Notes: generated from the sequence alone by a model not told the origin. DNA of 32,000 bases from Delftia acidovorans NBRC 14950 (GCF_001598795.1 NZ_BCZP01000001.1:330001-362000); one strand, 5' to 3'. Shown: positions 18,950 through 27,094, counted from the stretch's first letter. Made by a program: numbers and translations.

Positions 18950-20377
18950 ATGCTTTATCTTTCCACGCGCGGCCACGCGGACCGCAAGCGCTTTTGCGAC
19001 ATCCTGCTCGAGGGCCTGGCGCCCGATGGGGGGCTGTACCTGCCCGAGCACTATCCGCAGATCGATGCCGCCCGCTTGGGCGAGCTGCGCAGCATCTACA
19101 AGGAGCAGGGCTACGCTGCCCTGGCCTTCGAGATCCTGAGCCTGTACATCGACGACATCCCGGCCGAGGATCTGCGCGCCCTGTGCGCCAAGACCTATAC
19201 GCAGCAGGTGTTCGGCACGGCCGAGATCACGCCGCTGCGCCAGCTGGAAGACGGCCTGTGGCTCGAAGCCCTGTCCAACGGCCCCACGCTGGCCTTCAAG
19301 GACATGGCCATGCAGCTGCTGGGCAACCTGTTCGAGTACGAACTGGGCCGCCGTGGCGAGGAACTCAACATCCTGGGCGCTACCAGCGGTGACACCGGCA
19401 GCGCGGCCGAGTACGCCATGCGCGGCAAAAAGGGCGTGCGCGTGTTCATGACCAGCCCGCGCGGCCGCATGAGCCCCTTCCAGCAGGCCCAGATGTTCAG
19501 CCTGCAGGACGCCAACATCCACAACATCGCCATCGAGGGCGTGTTCGACGACTGCCAGGACATCGTCAAGGCCGTCTCCAACGACCACGCCTTTAAGGCG
19601 AAGTACAAGATCGGCACGGTCAACTCGATCAACTGGGCCCGCCTGCTGGCCCAGGTCGTCTACTACTTCGCCGGTTACCTGCAGGCCACGCAGAGCAATG
19701 ACCAGAAGGTCAGCTTCACGGTGCCCAGCGGCAACTTCGGCAACATCTGCGCCGGCCACGTGGCGCGCCAGATGCGCCTGCCGATCGCACGCCTGGTGGT
19801 GGCGACCAACGAGAACGATGTGCTCGACGAGTTCTTCCGCACGGGCGCCTACGTGGTGCGCGGCAGCGAGCACACCTACGAGACATCGAGCCCCTCGATG
19901 GACATCTCCAAGGCCAGCAACTTCGAGCGCTTCGTGTTCGACCTGCTGGGCCGCGATGGCCAGGCCACGCGCGAATTGTTCGCCGAGGGCGTGGCACGCC
20001 AGGGCCGCTTCGACCTGGGCGGCAATCCGCTGTTCCAGGAAGCTGCTGCCCGCTACGGCTTCGTCAGCGGCAAGAGCACGCATGCCGACCGCCTGGCCAC
20101 CATCCGCGATACCTTCGAGCGCTTCGGCACCATGATCGACACGCACACGGCCGACGGCGTCAAGGTGGCGCGCGAGCAGCTGCAGGCCGGCGTGCCCATG
20201 ATCGTGCTGGAGACGGCACTGCCCATTAAGTTCGCCGCCACCATCGAGGAGGCGCTGGGCCGCCTGCCCGATCGCCCGGCCAAGTTCGAAGGCATCGAGG
20301 ACCTGCCCAAGCGCGTGACCGACTTGCCGGCCGATGCCGAGCAGGTCAAGGCCTATATCGCCCGGCATTGCGACTGA
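18950..20377 (+). CDS. thrC: threonine synthase (long form)
   Basis: MLYLSTRG starts the protein. The PLP lysine context is GPTLAFKDMAMQ, and ATSGDTGSAA and VPSGNFGN are also present. 475 aa. Confidence 0.95.
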   Translation: MLYLSTRGHADRKRFCDILLEGLAPDGGLYLPEHYPQIDAARLGELRSIYKEQGYAALAFEILSLYIDDIPAEDLRALCAKTYTQQVFGTAEITPLRQLEDGLWLEALSNGPTLAFKDMAMQLLGNLFEYELGRRGEELNILGATSGDTGSAAEYAMRGKKGVRVFMTSPRGRMSPFQQAQMFSLQDANIHNIAIEGVFDDCQDIVKAVSNDHAFKAKYKIGTVNSINWARLLAQVVYYFAGYLQATQSNDQKVSFTVPSGNFGNICAGHVARQMRLPIARLVVATNENDVLDEFFRTGAYVVRGSEHTYETSSPSMDISKASNFERFVFDLLGRDGQATRELFAEGVARQGRFDLGGNPLFQEAAARYGFVSGKSTHADRLATIRDTFERFGTMIDTHTADGVKVAREQLQAGVPMIVLETALPIKFAATIEEALGRLPDRPAKFEGIEDLPKRVTDLPADAEQVKAYIARHCD

Positions 20378-20423
20378 TGCCGCAGCCGGGCTGCCCAAAG
20401 GTCCGCAGCAGGAGTGCATGGCG

Positions 20424-20984
20424 ATGAAGGTCATAGGCTTCGCCGGCTACTCGGGCTCGGGCAAGACCAGCCTGGTGGAGCCCCTGATCACGCTGATGCG
20501 TGCGCAGGGGCTCAGCGTTTCGGTGGTCAAGCATGCCCACCACCATTTCGATGTCGATCACGAGGGCAAGGACAGCTGGCGCCACCGCAAGGCGGGCGCC
20601 TATGAAGTGGTGCTGGCCTCGGATCGCCGTCTGGCGCTGATGCGCGAATTCCCCCGTCCCACGGAGCTGTCGGTGCACGACATGCTGGCCGAACTCGATC
20701 CGCGCGTGGATTGGGTGCTGGTCGAAGGCTTCAAGCACGCCGACCTGCCCAAGATAGAGATCTGGCGCGATCAGCCCGAGCGCGCCAGCGCCGGCAAGAC
20801 CCAGGCGCCCCTGTATCCGCACGACCCCCATGTGCTGGCCATTGCCACCGACGCACCGCAGCGCCTGCCAGAGCCGCCGCGCCAGCCCGTGCTCGATCTC
20901 AATGCGCCAGGGCAGATACTGCAATGGCTGCTGGAGCATGCGCAGCAACTGCGCTACCGTGCCCCAGGCCTCCCTCGAAATTAG
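20424..20984 (+). CDS. mobB: molybdopterin-guanine dinucleotide biosynthesis adapter protein MobB
   Basis: MKVIGFAGYSGSGKTSLVEPL (P-loop), VVKHAHHHFDVDHEGKDSWRH and VLVEGFK. There are two in-frame ATGs (20418, 20424). The second has better spacing from AGGAG. Confidence 0.88.
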   Translation: MKVIGFAGYSGSGKTSLVEPLITLMRAQGLSVSVVKHAHHHFDVDHEGKDSWRHRKAGAYEVVLASDRRLALMREFPRPTELSVHDMLAELDPRVDWVLVEGFKHADLPKIEIWRDQPERASAGKTQAPLYPHDPHVLAIATDAPQRLPEPPRQPVLDLNAPGQILQWLLEHAQQLRYRAPGLPRN

Positions 20985-20993
20985 GAAAACACC

Positions 20994-22229
20994 ATGCGAG
21001 CCCCGCTCAAGCCCCTTGACGAAGCGCTGGCCGAATTGCTGGCCCAGGCACTGCCGCTGGCCGGCGATGACACCGTGGACAGCTTCGATGCCGATGGCCG
21101 TGTGCTGCTGGCCGATGCCGTCTCTCCGCTGCAAGTGCCGCCCCAGGACAACAGTGCCATGGACGGCTACGCCGTGCGCAGCGCCGAATGCACCCAGGGC
21201 AATGCCGAGCTGCCCGTCTCGCAGCGCATCCCCGCAGGCGCCATGGGCCAGCCGCTGGCCGTGGGCACGGTGGCGCGCATCTTCACGGGCGCTCCGGTGC
21301 CCGAAGGTGCCGATGCCATCGTCATGCAGGAAGACTGCGAAGTCCTGGAAGACGGTCGCGTGCGCATCAAGGCGCGGCCCGAGGCCGGGCAATGGATACG
21401 CCGCTCTGGCGAAGACATCCGGCGCGGCGCCACCGTCATCGCGGCCGGCACGCGCCTGTCGCCGGCCGAGCTGGGGCTGGCGGCCAGCATTGGCCTGGCC
21501 TCTTTGCGCGTGGCACGCAAGCCGCGCGTGGCCCTGTTCTCCACAGGCGACGAGCTGGTCATGCCGGGCACCGTGGCGCCCGAGCAGATGCCGCCCGGCA
21601 GCATCTACAACAGCAACCGATTCTTCCTTCGCGCCCTGCTGCAGCGCATGGGCTGCGAGGTCACCGACTTCGGCATCGTCCCCGACCGGCGCGAAGCCAC
21701 TGTGGATGCTTTGCGCGAGGCGGCCCGCGCGCATGACCTGATCCTGACCAGCGGCGGGGTGTCTGTCGGCGAAGAAGACCATGTCAAGCCCGCCGTGCAG
21801 GCGCTGGGCCAGCTCGACCTCTGGCAGATCGCCGTCAAGCCTGGCAAGCCCTTCGCCTATGGCCGCGTGAACCGCGAGGACGAAGGCCTTGCCCACTTCA
21901 TCGGCCTGCCCGGCAACCCGGTCTCCAGCTTCGTCACCTTCCTTTTGCTGGTACGCCCCTTCGTGCTGCGCCTGCAGGGCGTGCAGCAGGCGCTGCCGCG
22001 CTCGGTCGAGGTGCGCGCCGACTTCCATTGGCCGCGCGGGGACAAGCGCCGCGAATTCCTGCGCGTGCGCTACAACGACAGCGGCGGGCTGGAGCTGTTC
22101 CGCAACCAGAGTTCGGGCGTGCTGACCTCGGCGGCCTGGGGCGATGGCGTGGTGGACAACCCGCCGGGCCAGGCCATTGCGCCGGGCGACCGGGTGCGCT
22201 TCATCGCCTTTTCGGAGCTGCTGTCATGA
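20994..22229 (+). CDS. moeA: molybdopterin molybdotransferase MoeA
   Basis: Contains PPQDNSAMDGYAV, IFTGAPVPEGADAIVMQE, LILTSGGVSVGEEDHVK, KPGKPF and GLPGNPVSS. 411 aa. Confidence 0.94.
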   Translation: MRAPLKPLDEALAELLAQALPLAGDDTVDSFDADGRVLLADAVSPLQVPPQDNSAMDGYAVRSAECTQGNAELPVSQRIPAGAMGQPLAVGTVARIFTGAPVPEGADAIVMQEDCEVLEDGRVRIKARPEAGQWIRRSGEDIRRGATVIAAGTRLSPAELGLAASIGLASLRVARKPRVALFSTGDELVMPGTVAPEQMPPGSIYNSNRFFLRALLQRMGCEVTDFGIVPDRREATVDALREAARAHDLILTSGGVSVGEEDHVKPAVQALGQLDLWQIAVKPGKPFAYGRVNREDEGLAHFIGLPGNPVSSFVTFLLLVRPFVLRLQGVQQALPRSVEVRADFHWPRGDKRREFLRVRYNDSGGLELFRNQSSGVLTSAAWGDGVVDNPPGQAIAPGDRVRFIAFSELLS

Positions 22230-22489
22230 GCCAGGCCATCACCATCACCGTGCGCTATTTCGCCTCCATCCGCGAAGCCCTGGGCACGGGCAGCGAAACC
22301 CTGTCCACCGAGGCAGCCACCGTGGGCGCGCTGCGTGAGGAACTGATTGCGCGTGGCGGTGCAGCCGCCGAAGCGCTGGCCCCGGGCAAGGCCGTGCGCA
22401 TGGCGCTGAACCAGGTCCTGTGCGATGCCGGTGCCGCCATTCGCCAGGGGGACGAGGTGGCTTTCTTCCCTCCCGTGACCGGAGGTTGA
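22226..22489 (+). CDS. moaD: molybdopterin synthase sulfur-carrier subunit MoaD
   Basis: 87 aa starting MSQAITITVRYFASIREALG and ending EVAFFPPVTGG with the diagnostic C-terminal Gly-Gly. Its ATG overlaps the moeA stop (ATGA). Confidence 0.9.
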   Translation: MSQAITITVRYFASIREALGTGSETLSTEAATVGALREELIARGGAAAEALAPGKAVRMALNQVLCDAGAAIRQGDEVAFFPPVTGG

Positions 22490-22494
22490 CCCAA

Positions 22495-22848
22495 ATGACC
22501 ACCGACAAGCCCGTGGACCAGGCCATCAGTGCGCGCACGCGCAAGGCCCTGTCCGAAGCCAAGGCGCGCGGCGTGCAACTGGGCCGCGCAGGCGCAGACA
22601 ACCTGCGCGCCACCGTGGAAAAGCGCAAATCCACGGCCGATGCCTTCGCCCAGCAGCATGAGGCGCTGTTCGCCGAACTGCAGGCGCGCGGCCTGACGCA
22701 CCGCGCCATGGCCGCCGAACTCAATGCCCGCGGCATTGCCGCGGCCCGGGGCGGCGAGTGGACGCACGGTCAGGTGCAACGCATCCTGAACCGCTATGCC
22801 GACCTGCGCTCGGCAACACCGTCTGCAGACGGCAGCAGCGGCAGCTGA
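22495..22848 (+). CDS. serine-recombinase (resolvase/invertase) C-terminal fragment: alpha-E helix plus HTH-like region, with no catalytic domain; possibly a gene remnant
   Basis: 117 aa. The stretch VDQAISARTRKALSEAKARGVQLGR...ADAFA...LFAELQARGLTHRAMAAELNARGIAAARGGEWTHGQVQRILNR matches the post-catalytic part of small serine recombinases (ISERTKAAL.AAKARG..LG ... LRAIA..LN..GI.TARGG.W....V..IL.R). The S-containing catalytic N-terminal ~100 aa are absent. The ATG is 5 nt after the moaD stop, and the GGAGG of the moaD Gly-Gly codons serves as the SD. Confidence 0.65.
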   Translation: MTTDKPVDQAISARTRKALSEAKARGVQLGRAGADNLRATVEKRKSTADAFAQQHEALFAELQARGLTHRAMAAELNARGIAAARGGEWTHGQVQRILNRYADLRSATPSADGSSGS

Positions 22849-23729
22849 ATCCCGGCCAGCCGCTGCGCCAGCGCGGCCGATGCCGGCTGCATGGGCGCCC
22901 GCAGCGTTGCCCGCATTCGGCCCTGCTGCGCCAGCAAGGCCTTGATGGGTGCGGGATTGGGCTCGGCAAAGCAGGCGGCGATGTGCGGCTGCAGCGGCTG
23001 CCACAGCGCACGGGCAGCGGGCAGGTCGCCACGCTCCAGGCATTGCATCAACTCAACGAAGTGCCGTGTATGCGCGTGCGCGCTGGCAGCAATCGCTCCC
23101 GCACCGCCCAGGGCCAGCGTGGAAAAGATCTGCGCGTCTTCGCCGGCCAGCACCTGCAGCTGCCCATCGGCGATCAGCGCCTGGGTCTTGGCGGCATCGC
23201 CCCCGCAATCCTTGATGGCCACGATGCGCTCATGGGCGGCGAGCGCGCGCAGCGTGGCCAGCTCCAGCACCACGCCGGTGCGGTAGGGAATGTCGTAGAC
23301 GATGACCGGGTGTGCGCTGCGCTCGGCAATCGCCGTGAACCACTGCAGCAGGCCTGCCTGCGACGGGCGTATGTAATGCGGCGCGGGCACCAGAATGCCG
23401 GCCAGCGGCAGGGCGTTCAGTGCCCGAACACGGGCCAGCGCATGCCCCAGGTGGCAGTCCGAAACGCCCATGACCACGGGCATGCCCTGGGCCGCTGAGA
23501 GGATGGTGGACAGGGCGGCATCGTGCTCCGCTTCGCTCAGCGCGGCGGCCTCGGCGGTCGAGCCGCAGGCCACGTAGCCGGCGATGCCGCTGGCGTTGTA
23601 GTGCTGCACAAGGGCGCGCAGCGCCCCATGGTCCACCGCTGCCTCATCTCCAGGAAGAAAGGGCGTGACCAGCGGAAGCCACAGCCCCTGGAATCGGGCT
23701 TGCGGCGAGGTGGTGGAAGGCAAAGACAT
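22794..23729 (-). CDS. dihydrodipicolinate synthase / N-acetylneuraminate lyase family (class I aldolase) protein; DapA paralogue of unknown substrate
   Basis: Family motifs are present: ACGSTAEAAALS (GxTGE-like), PHYIRPSQ, VYDIPYRTG, and the Schiff-base lysine context IVAIKDCGGD. The ATG at 23729 is preceded by GAAGGGA, and the track ORF starts at a TTG at 23753. The 3' end overlaps the convergent recombinase-like ORF by 55 nt. Confidence 0.82.
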   Translation of the reverse strand: MSLPSTTSPQARFQGLWLPLVTPFLPGDEAAVDHGALRALVQHYNASGIAGYVACGSTAEAAALSEAEHDAALSTILSAAQGMPVVMGVSDCHLGHALARVRALNALPLAGILVPAPHYIRPSQAGLLQWFTAIAERSAHPVIVYDIPYRTGVVLELATLRALAAHERIVAIKDCGGDAAKTQALIADGQLQVLAGEDAQIFSTLALGGAGAIAASAHAHTRHFVELMQCLERGDLPAARALWQPLQPHIAACFAEPNPAPIKALLAQQGRMRATLRAPMQPASAALAQRLAGIQLPLLPSADGVAERRSA

Positions 23730-24013
23730 GGAAGATCCCTTCGGGTGATTCAAACAATGAACGACCGGACGCAGCCACCAGCCAGACCGAGGGCGGAAAG
23801 GCAGGCGCCTGAAGGGATGCGGGAAGGGGAGATGGAGGCTGCCGGGCCGGTTCCGTCGCTCATCTGGACGGAACCTCAGCTCCGGTCAGACGAGCTGGGG
23901 TTTGCAGGCTTTGCCCAGGCACAGGCGCACGGCATCACCGTGGCATGTGGGGAAGGCAAAGATTGCAGGCATGGCGCGCAGTGTAGCGCGCCTGAGCGCC
24001 TGGGTGGTGGCCT

Positions 24014-24358
24014 TCAGGCTGCGCCTTCGGCGCCGGGAGGGGGGGATGCATCGGGCAGCAACGGTGCCTGCCACTCCAGCAGCTCGGCCAGACGCTGCAC
24101 GATCCAGCGCGCCTCGCCAGGGCTGACGATGGAGCCCTCGGCCGCCAGGCCCGCGTGCATGCCCAGCAGCACGCCTTGCTCCGAGGAGTTGCCGGAGTGA
24201 TAGAGCGTCTGCGCCTGCTCGACCAGGTGGCTGGCCAGGTCCTCGCACAGTTCATAGCGCCCGACCACGTCTGCAATCGATGCCTTGAGCCGGCCGTGCC
24301 GGTCGGCATACAGGGCGGCAAAGCTCGGCGGTGGCTGTATCTGGCTGGTCTCGTCCAT
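24014..24358 (-). CDS. hypothetical acidic, predicted helical protein (114 aa)
   Basis: High GC3 in this frame. The ATG (MDETSQIQ) is 7 nt downstream of the preceding small ORF's stop. I recognise no family motif. Confidence 0.6.
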   Translation of the reverse strand: MDETSQIQPPPSFAALYADRHGRLKASIADVVGRYELCEDLASHLVEQAQTLYHSGNSSEQGVLLGMHAGLAAEGSIVSPGEARWIVQRLAELLEWQAPLLPDASPPPGAEGAA

Positions 24359-24365
24359 GCGCGCC

Positions 24366-24620
24366 TCAATCGGGTTCGAACAGGCGTTCGAAGCGAGCAA
24401 GGTCCTCGGCCAGCTCGCAGCTCACGAGCTGGCCCATCTTGCCGTCGGCCAGGCGGTGGGCTGCGAACAGCGTGGCCTTGCCGCGAAAGTTGTAGTCGGG
24501 CAGATGGATGATGGTGTAGGGATGGGACACGAACAGCTGATGCTCGTAGACCACGCGCTGCTCGTTGCGCGGCGACGGGTAGAGCGTGTATTCGGGGGTG
24601 GTGATCGTGAGTGTGGCCAT
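24366..24620 (-). CDS. hypothetical small protein (84 aa)
   Basis: Very strong GC3 bias. The sequence is MATLTITTPEYTLYPSPRNEQRVVYEHQLFVSHPYTIIHLPDYNFRGKATLFAAHRLADGKMGQLVSCELAEDLARFERLFEPD. I recognise no family motif. It is the first gene of a two-gene unit divergent from moaE. Confidence 0.65.
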   Translation of the reverse strand: MATLTITTPEYTLYPSPRNEQRVVYEHQLFVSHPYTIIHLPDYNFRGKATLFAAHRLADGKMGQLVSCELAEDLARFERLFEPD

Positions 24621-24716
24621 GCATGGCCCGCTGCAGCAAAAGGCCGGCGGCGGGGGAGGGCAATGCTACCGCGTTCATCACACCCTGGCGCGCCGCCGCC
24701 CTGCGACAATGCGGGC

Positions 24717-25178
24717 ATGCAAGCAGCCCGTGTATCCATCCAGACCGAGGATTTCGACGTATCGGCCGAACTCGCCGCCCTGCGCGGCGGCGATGCGCGC
24801 GTGGGCGCGGTCTGCAGCTTCATAGGCACGGTGCGTGACCGCAATGAAGGCGCCGCCGTGGCCAGCATGGAGCTGGAGCACTACCCGGGCATGACCGAGA
24901 AATCCATCGAGGCCATCATCGACGAGGCGGTCCAGCGCTTTGGCATCCATGGCGCGCGCGTCATCCACCGCATCGGTCCGCTGCAGCCCCTGGACCAGAT
25001 CGTGCTCGTGGCCGTCACCGCATCGCACCGGGGCATGGCTTTTCAGGCCTGCGAATACATCATGGACTACCTCAAGTCGCTGGCGCCTTTCTGGAAGAAG
25101 GAACAGACGCCCGAGGGCGCGCGCTGGGTGGATGCGCGCGTCAGCGACGAAGAGGCGCTGGCGCGCTGGCGCCAGTGA
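24717..25178 (+). CDS. moaE: molybdopterin synthase catalytic subunit MoaE
   Basis: 153 aa starting MQAARVSIQTEDFDV, with GAVCSFIGTVRD, MELEHYPGMTEK, VAVTASHRGMAFQACEYIMDYLKSLAPFWKKE. The track ORF (24285-) is an upstream extension. Confidence 0.9.
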   Translation: MQAARVSIQTEDFDVSAELAALRGGDARVGAVCSFIGTVRDRNEGAAVASMELEHYPGMTEKSIEAIIDEAVQRFGIHGARVIHRIGPLQPLDQIVLVAVTASHRGMAFQACEYIMDYLKSLAPFWKKEQTPEGARWVDARVSDEEALARWRQ

Positions 25179-25190
25179 GGCGGCGCGCCT

Positions 25191-26117
25191 TCAGGCCTTG
25201 AGCGCAGCGCCCCGCAACCATTGCGGCGGGCGGAACACCAGCAGGTTTCCGAACATCACCAGCAGCAGCCCGCCCACGGCCAGCGGCGTCCAGACATAGC
25301 CCTCGAAAAGCGCCGAGATGCTGAGCGCAACAATGGGGAACAGCACCGTCGCATAGGCCGCCTTCTCCGGGCCCAGCCGGCCCACCAAGGTCAGGTAGGC
25401 CGTGAACGCAATCACCGAGCCTGGAATGGCCAGGTACAGCCAGGAGCCCACATAGGTCCAGCTGGCATCGAAGCGCCAGGGCAGGCCCGCCACCAGCGCA
25501 TAGCCGGTCAGCAGCAGCGTGCCGGCCAGCATGCCCCAGGCATTGGTCTGGGCCGGCCGCCAGCCCATGGACTGCAGCGAAGCCGACAGCATGTTCCCGC
25601 AGGAAAAGCACAGCGTGCCCAGCACCGCCCAGGCCAGACCAGGCAGGCTGGCATGCCGGCCTGCGCGCAGCTCGGGCCAGAACAGCGCCACCAGGCCTGC
25701 AAGGCCGAAGAGGCTGCCGGCCAGCACATGGGGCGCCAGCCTGCGGCCGTGGATGATGCGCGCCAGCAGCGCGTTCCAGAGATTGGCGCTGGAGAACACC
25801 ACGGCGGCCAGGCCGCTGGCCAGCGTTTCGCTGGCATGCATGAAGCACACGAAGTTGAAGCTGAACAGGCACAGACCTTGCCCCAGCACGCGCGGCAGCG
25901 CCGGGCCGCGGGGCACGCGCAGCTGCCGCGACCAGGCCAGCCAGGCGAACATCAGCACGGCGGCCAGCGCAAAGCGGTAGGCAATGGACAGCTCCACGGG
26001 GACGGCGCCCAGCTGCAGCTTCAGGGCGATCCAGGTCGAACCCCAGATCAGCACGACCAGGGCATAGAGGGTGGCAGTCATGGCCGGTGATGATGGCGCC
26101 GCAGGCTGGGCGGGCAT
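25191..26117 (-). CDS. DMT-superfamily (EamA-like) transporter, about 10 TM helices
   Basis: Hydrophobic throughout, with a duplicated EamA pattern (LYALVVLIWGSTWIALK... and LFWPELR...LGTLCFSCGNMLS...). The ATG at 26117 is preceded by AGGAA. The longer GTG start would run into the AraC gene. Confidence 0.8.
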   Translation of the reverse strand: MPAQPAAPSSPAMTATLYALVVLIWGSTWIALKLQLGAVPVELSIAYRFALAAVLMFAWLAWSRQLRVPRGPALPRVLGQGLCLFSFNFVCFMHASETLASGLAAVVFSSANLWNALLARIIHGRRLAPHVLAGSLFGLAGLVALFWPELRAGRHASLPGLAWAVLGTLCFSCGNMLSASLQSMGWRPAQTNAWGMLAGTLLLTGYALVAGLPWRFDASWTYVGSWLYLAIPGSVIAFTAYLTLVGRLGPEKAAYATVLFPIVALSISALFEGYVWTPLAVGGLLLVMFGNLLVFRPPQWLRGAALKA

Positions 26118-26149
26118 GGCAGATTCCTGCGGTTTGATGGCCTGGCGCC

Positions 26150-27094
26150 ATGCGTCGGTATGGCTGCGGGACCACAATCGCTGCCATGACGCCCACGCCG
26201 CTGCCCGAGCTGCCCTCCAGCCACCTGTGCCAGGTGCTGTCACGCTCCAAGGCCCGGCTGCAGCGGCGCGTGCGCCTGAGCGAGGGGGTGGAGCTGGCCG
26301 TCTGGGCCAATGTGGACGACGAGGTGTGCTACTGCCAGCCCGGTCACCACACGCTGTCGGTCTACCTGGCCGGGGGCGAGGGCTCGCAGCTCAAGGCGCG
26401 GCCCGAGGCCATGGGGGCGCCGGGGCGCATCTGCATCTTCACGCCAGAGGACGAATCGCACTGGCTGGTGCGCTCGCCCGTGCAGTTCCTGCACCTGTAT
26501 GTGTCCGACCTGGCCTGGGCCGGGCGCGTGGTCCGCATGCTGGATGCCGAGCCCCGCTCGCGCACCTTGCGTGCGCAGATCTACGGGGATGATCAGGCCT
26601 TCCACGCCGGTGCCCGTGCGCTGATGCAGCTGGACTGGCAGGACCCCCAGCAGCAACTGGCGGCCGATGCCATTGGCCAGCAGCTGGTGGACCGGCTGGT
26701 GCTGCAGTCCGCCACGCCGCGCCAGCTGCAGGCGCTGCAGCGGCCGCTGGGTGGGCTTTCTGCGGCCATGCGGCGCAGGGTGCTGGCCCATGTCGAGGCG
26801 CATCTGCATGACTCCAAGGCCGTGTCGCTGCCGGCACTGGCGAGACAGGCCTGCCTCTCCGAATTCCATTTCGCACGCATGTTCCGCCAGAGCATGGGCT
26901 GCACGGTGCACGAATGGGTGCTGCAGCAGCGCCTGGCCCGGGCACGGCGCGCCCTGTCTGCGCGCAACGTGCCGCCGCTGGCCGAGCTGGCACTGGATTG
27001 CGGCTTTTCCGGCGCCAGCCACCTGGTGCGCAGCTTCCGGGCGCATTTGGGCGTTACGCCTACGCAGTTCTCGATCTTTCAGCGCAATGCTTGA
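26150..27094 (+). CDS. AraC/XylS-family transcriptional regulator
   Basis: C-terminal double HTH (LPALARQACLSEFHFARMFRQSMGCTVHEWVLQQRLARARRAL......LAELALDCGFSGASHLVRSFRAHLGVTPTQF). It is divergent from the EamA transporter. The start is uncertain between 26150 and 26186. Confidence 0.85.
   Translation: MRRYGCGTTIAAMTPTPLPELPSSHLCQVLSRSKARLQRRVRLSEGVELAVWANVDDEVCYCQPGHHTLSVYLAGGEGSQLKARPEAMGAPGRICIFTPEDESHWLVRSPVQFLHLYVSDLAWAGRVVRMLDAEPRSRTLRAQIYGDDQAFHAGARALMQLDWQDPQQQLAADAIGQQLVDRLVLQSATPRQLQALQRPLGGLSAAMRRRVLAHVEAHLHDSKAVSLPALARQACLSEFHFARMFRQSMGCTVHEWVLQQRLARARRALSARNVPPLAELALDCGFSGASHLVRSFRAHLGVTPTQFSIFQRNA

Noticed and set aside
20378-20423. Looked for a Moco riboswitch upstream of the mobB-moeA-moaD genes and in the 96-nt spacer before moaE (24621-24716).
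   Set aside because: The spacers are too short and lack the conserved multi-stem architecture, so nothing supports a riboswitch.
23886-23972. 28-codon ORF on the minus strand (MPAIFAFPTCHGDAVRLCLGKACKPQLV) with three Cys, in the structured spacer of the inserted block.
   Set aside because: It has no convincing SD, it is very short, its ATG immediately abuts the 3' arm of the 23973-23992 hairpin, and its codon bias is not distinctive. It cannot be supported from sequence alone and is mentioned only as something Ribo-seq could test.
24039-24045. G7 (C7 on the coding strand) homopolymer near the 3' end of the 114-aa ORF, considered as a possible phase-variation tract.
   Set aside because: The tract is short, and slippage would change only the last ~9 residues of a Pro-rich tail. 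There is no evidence of a switch.
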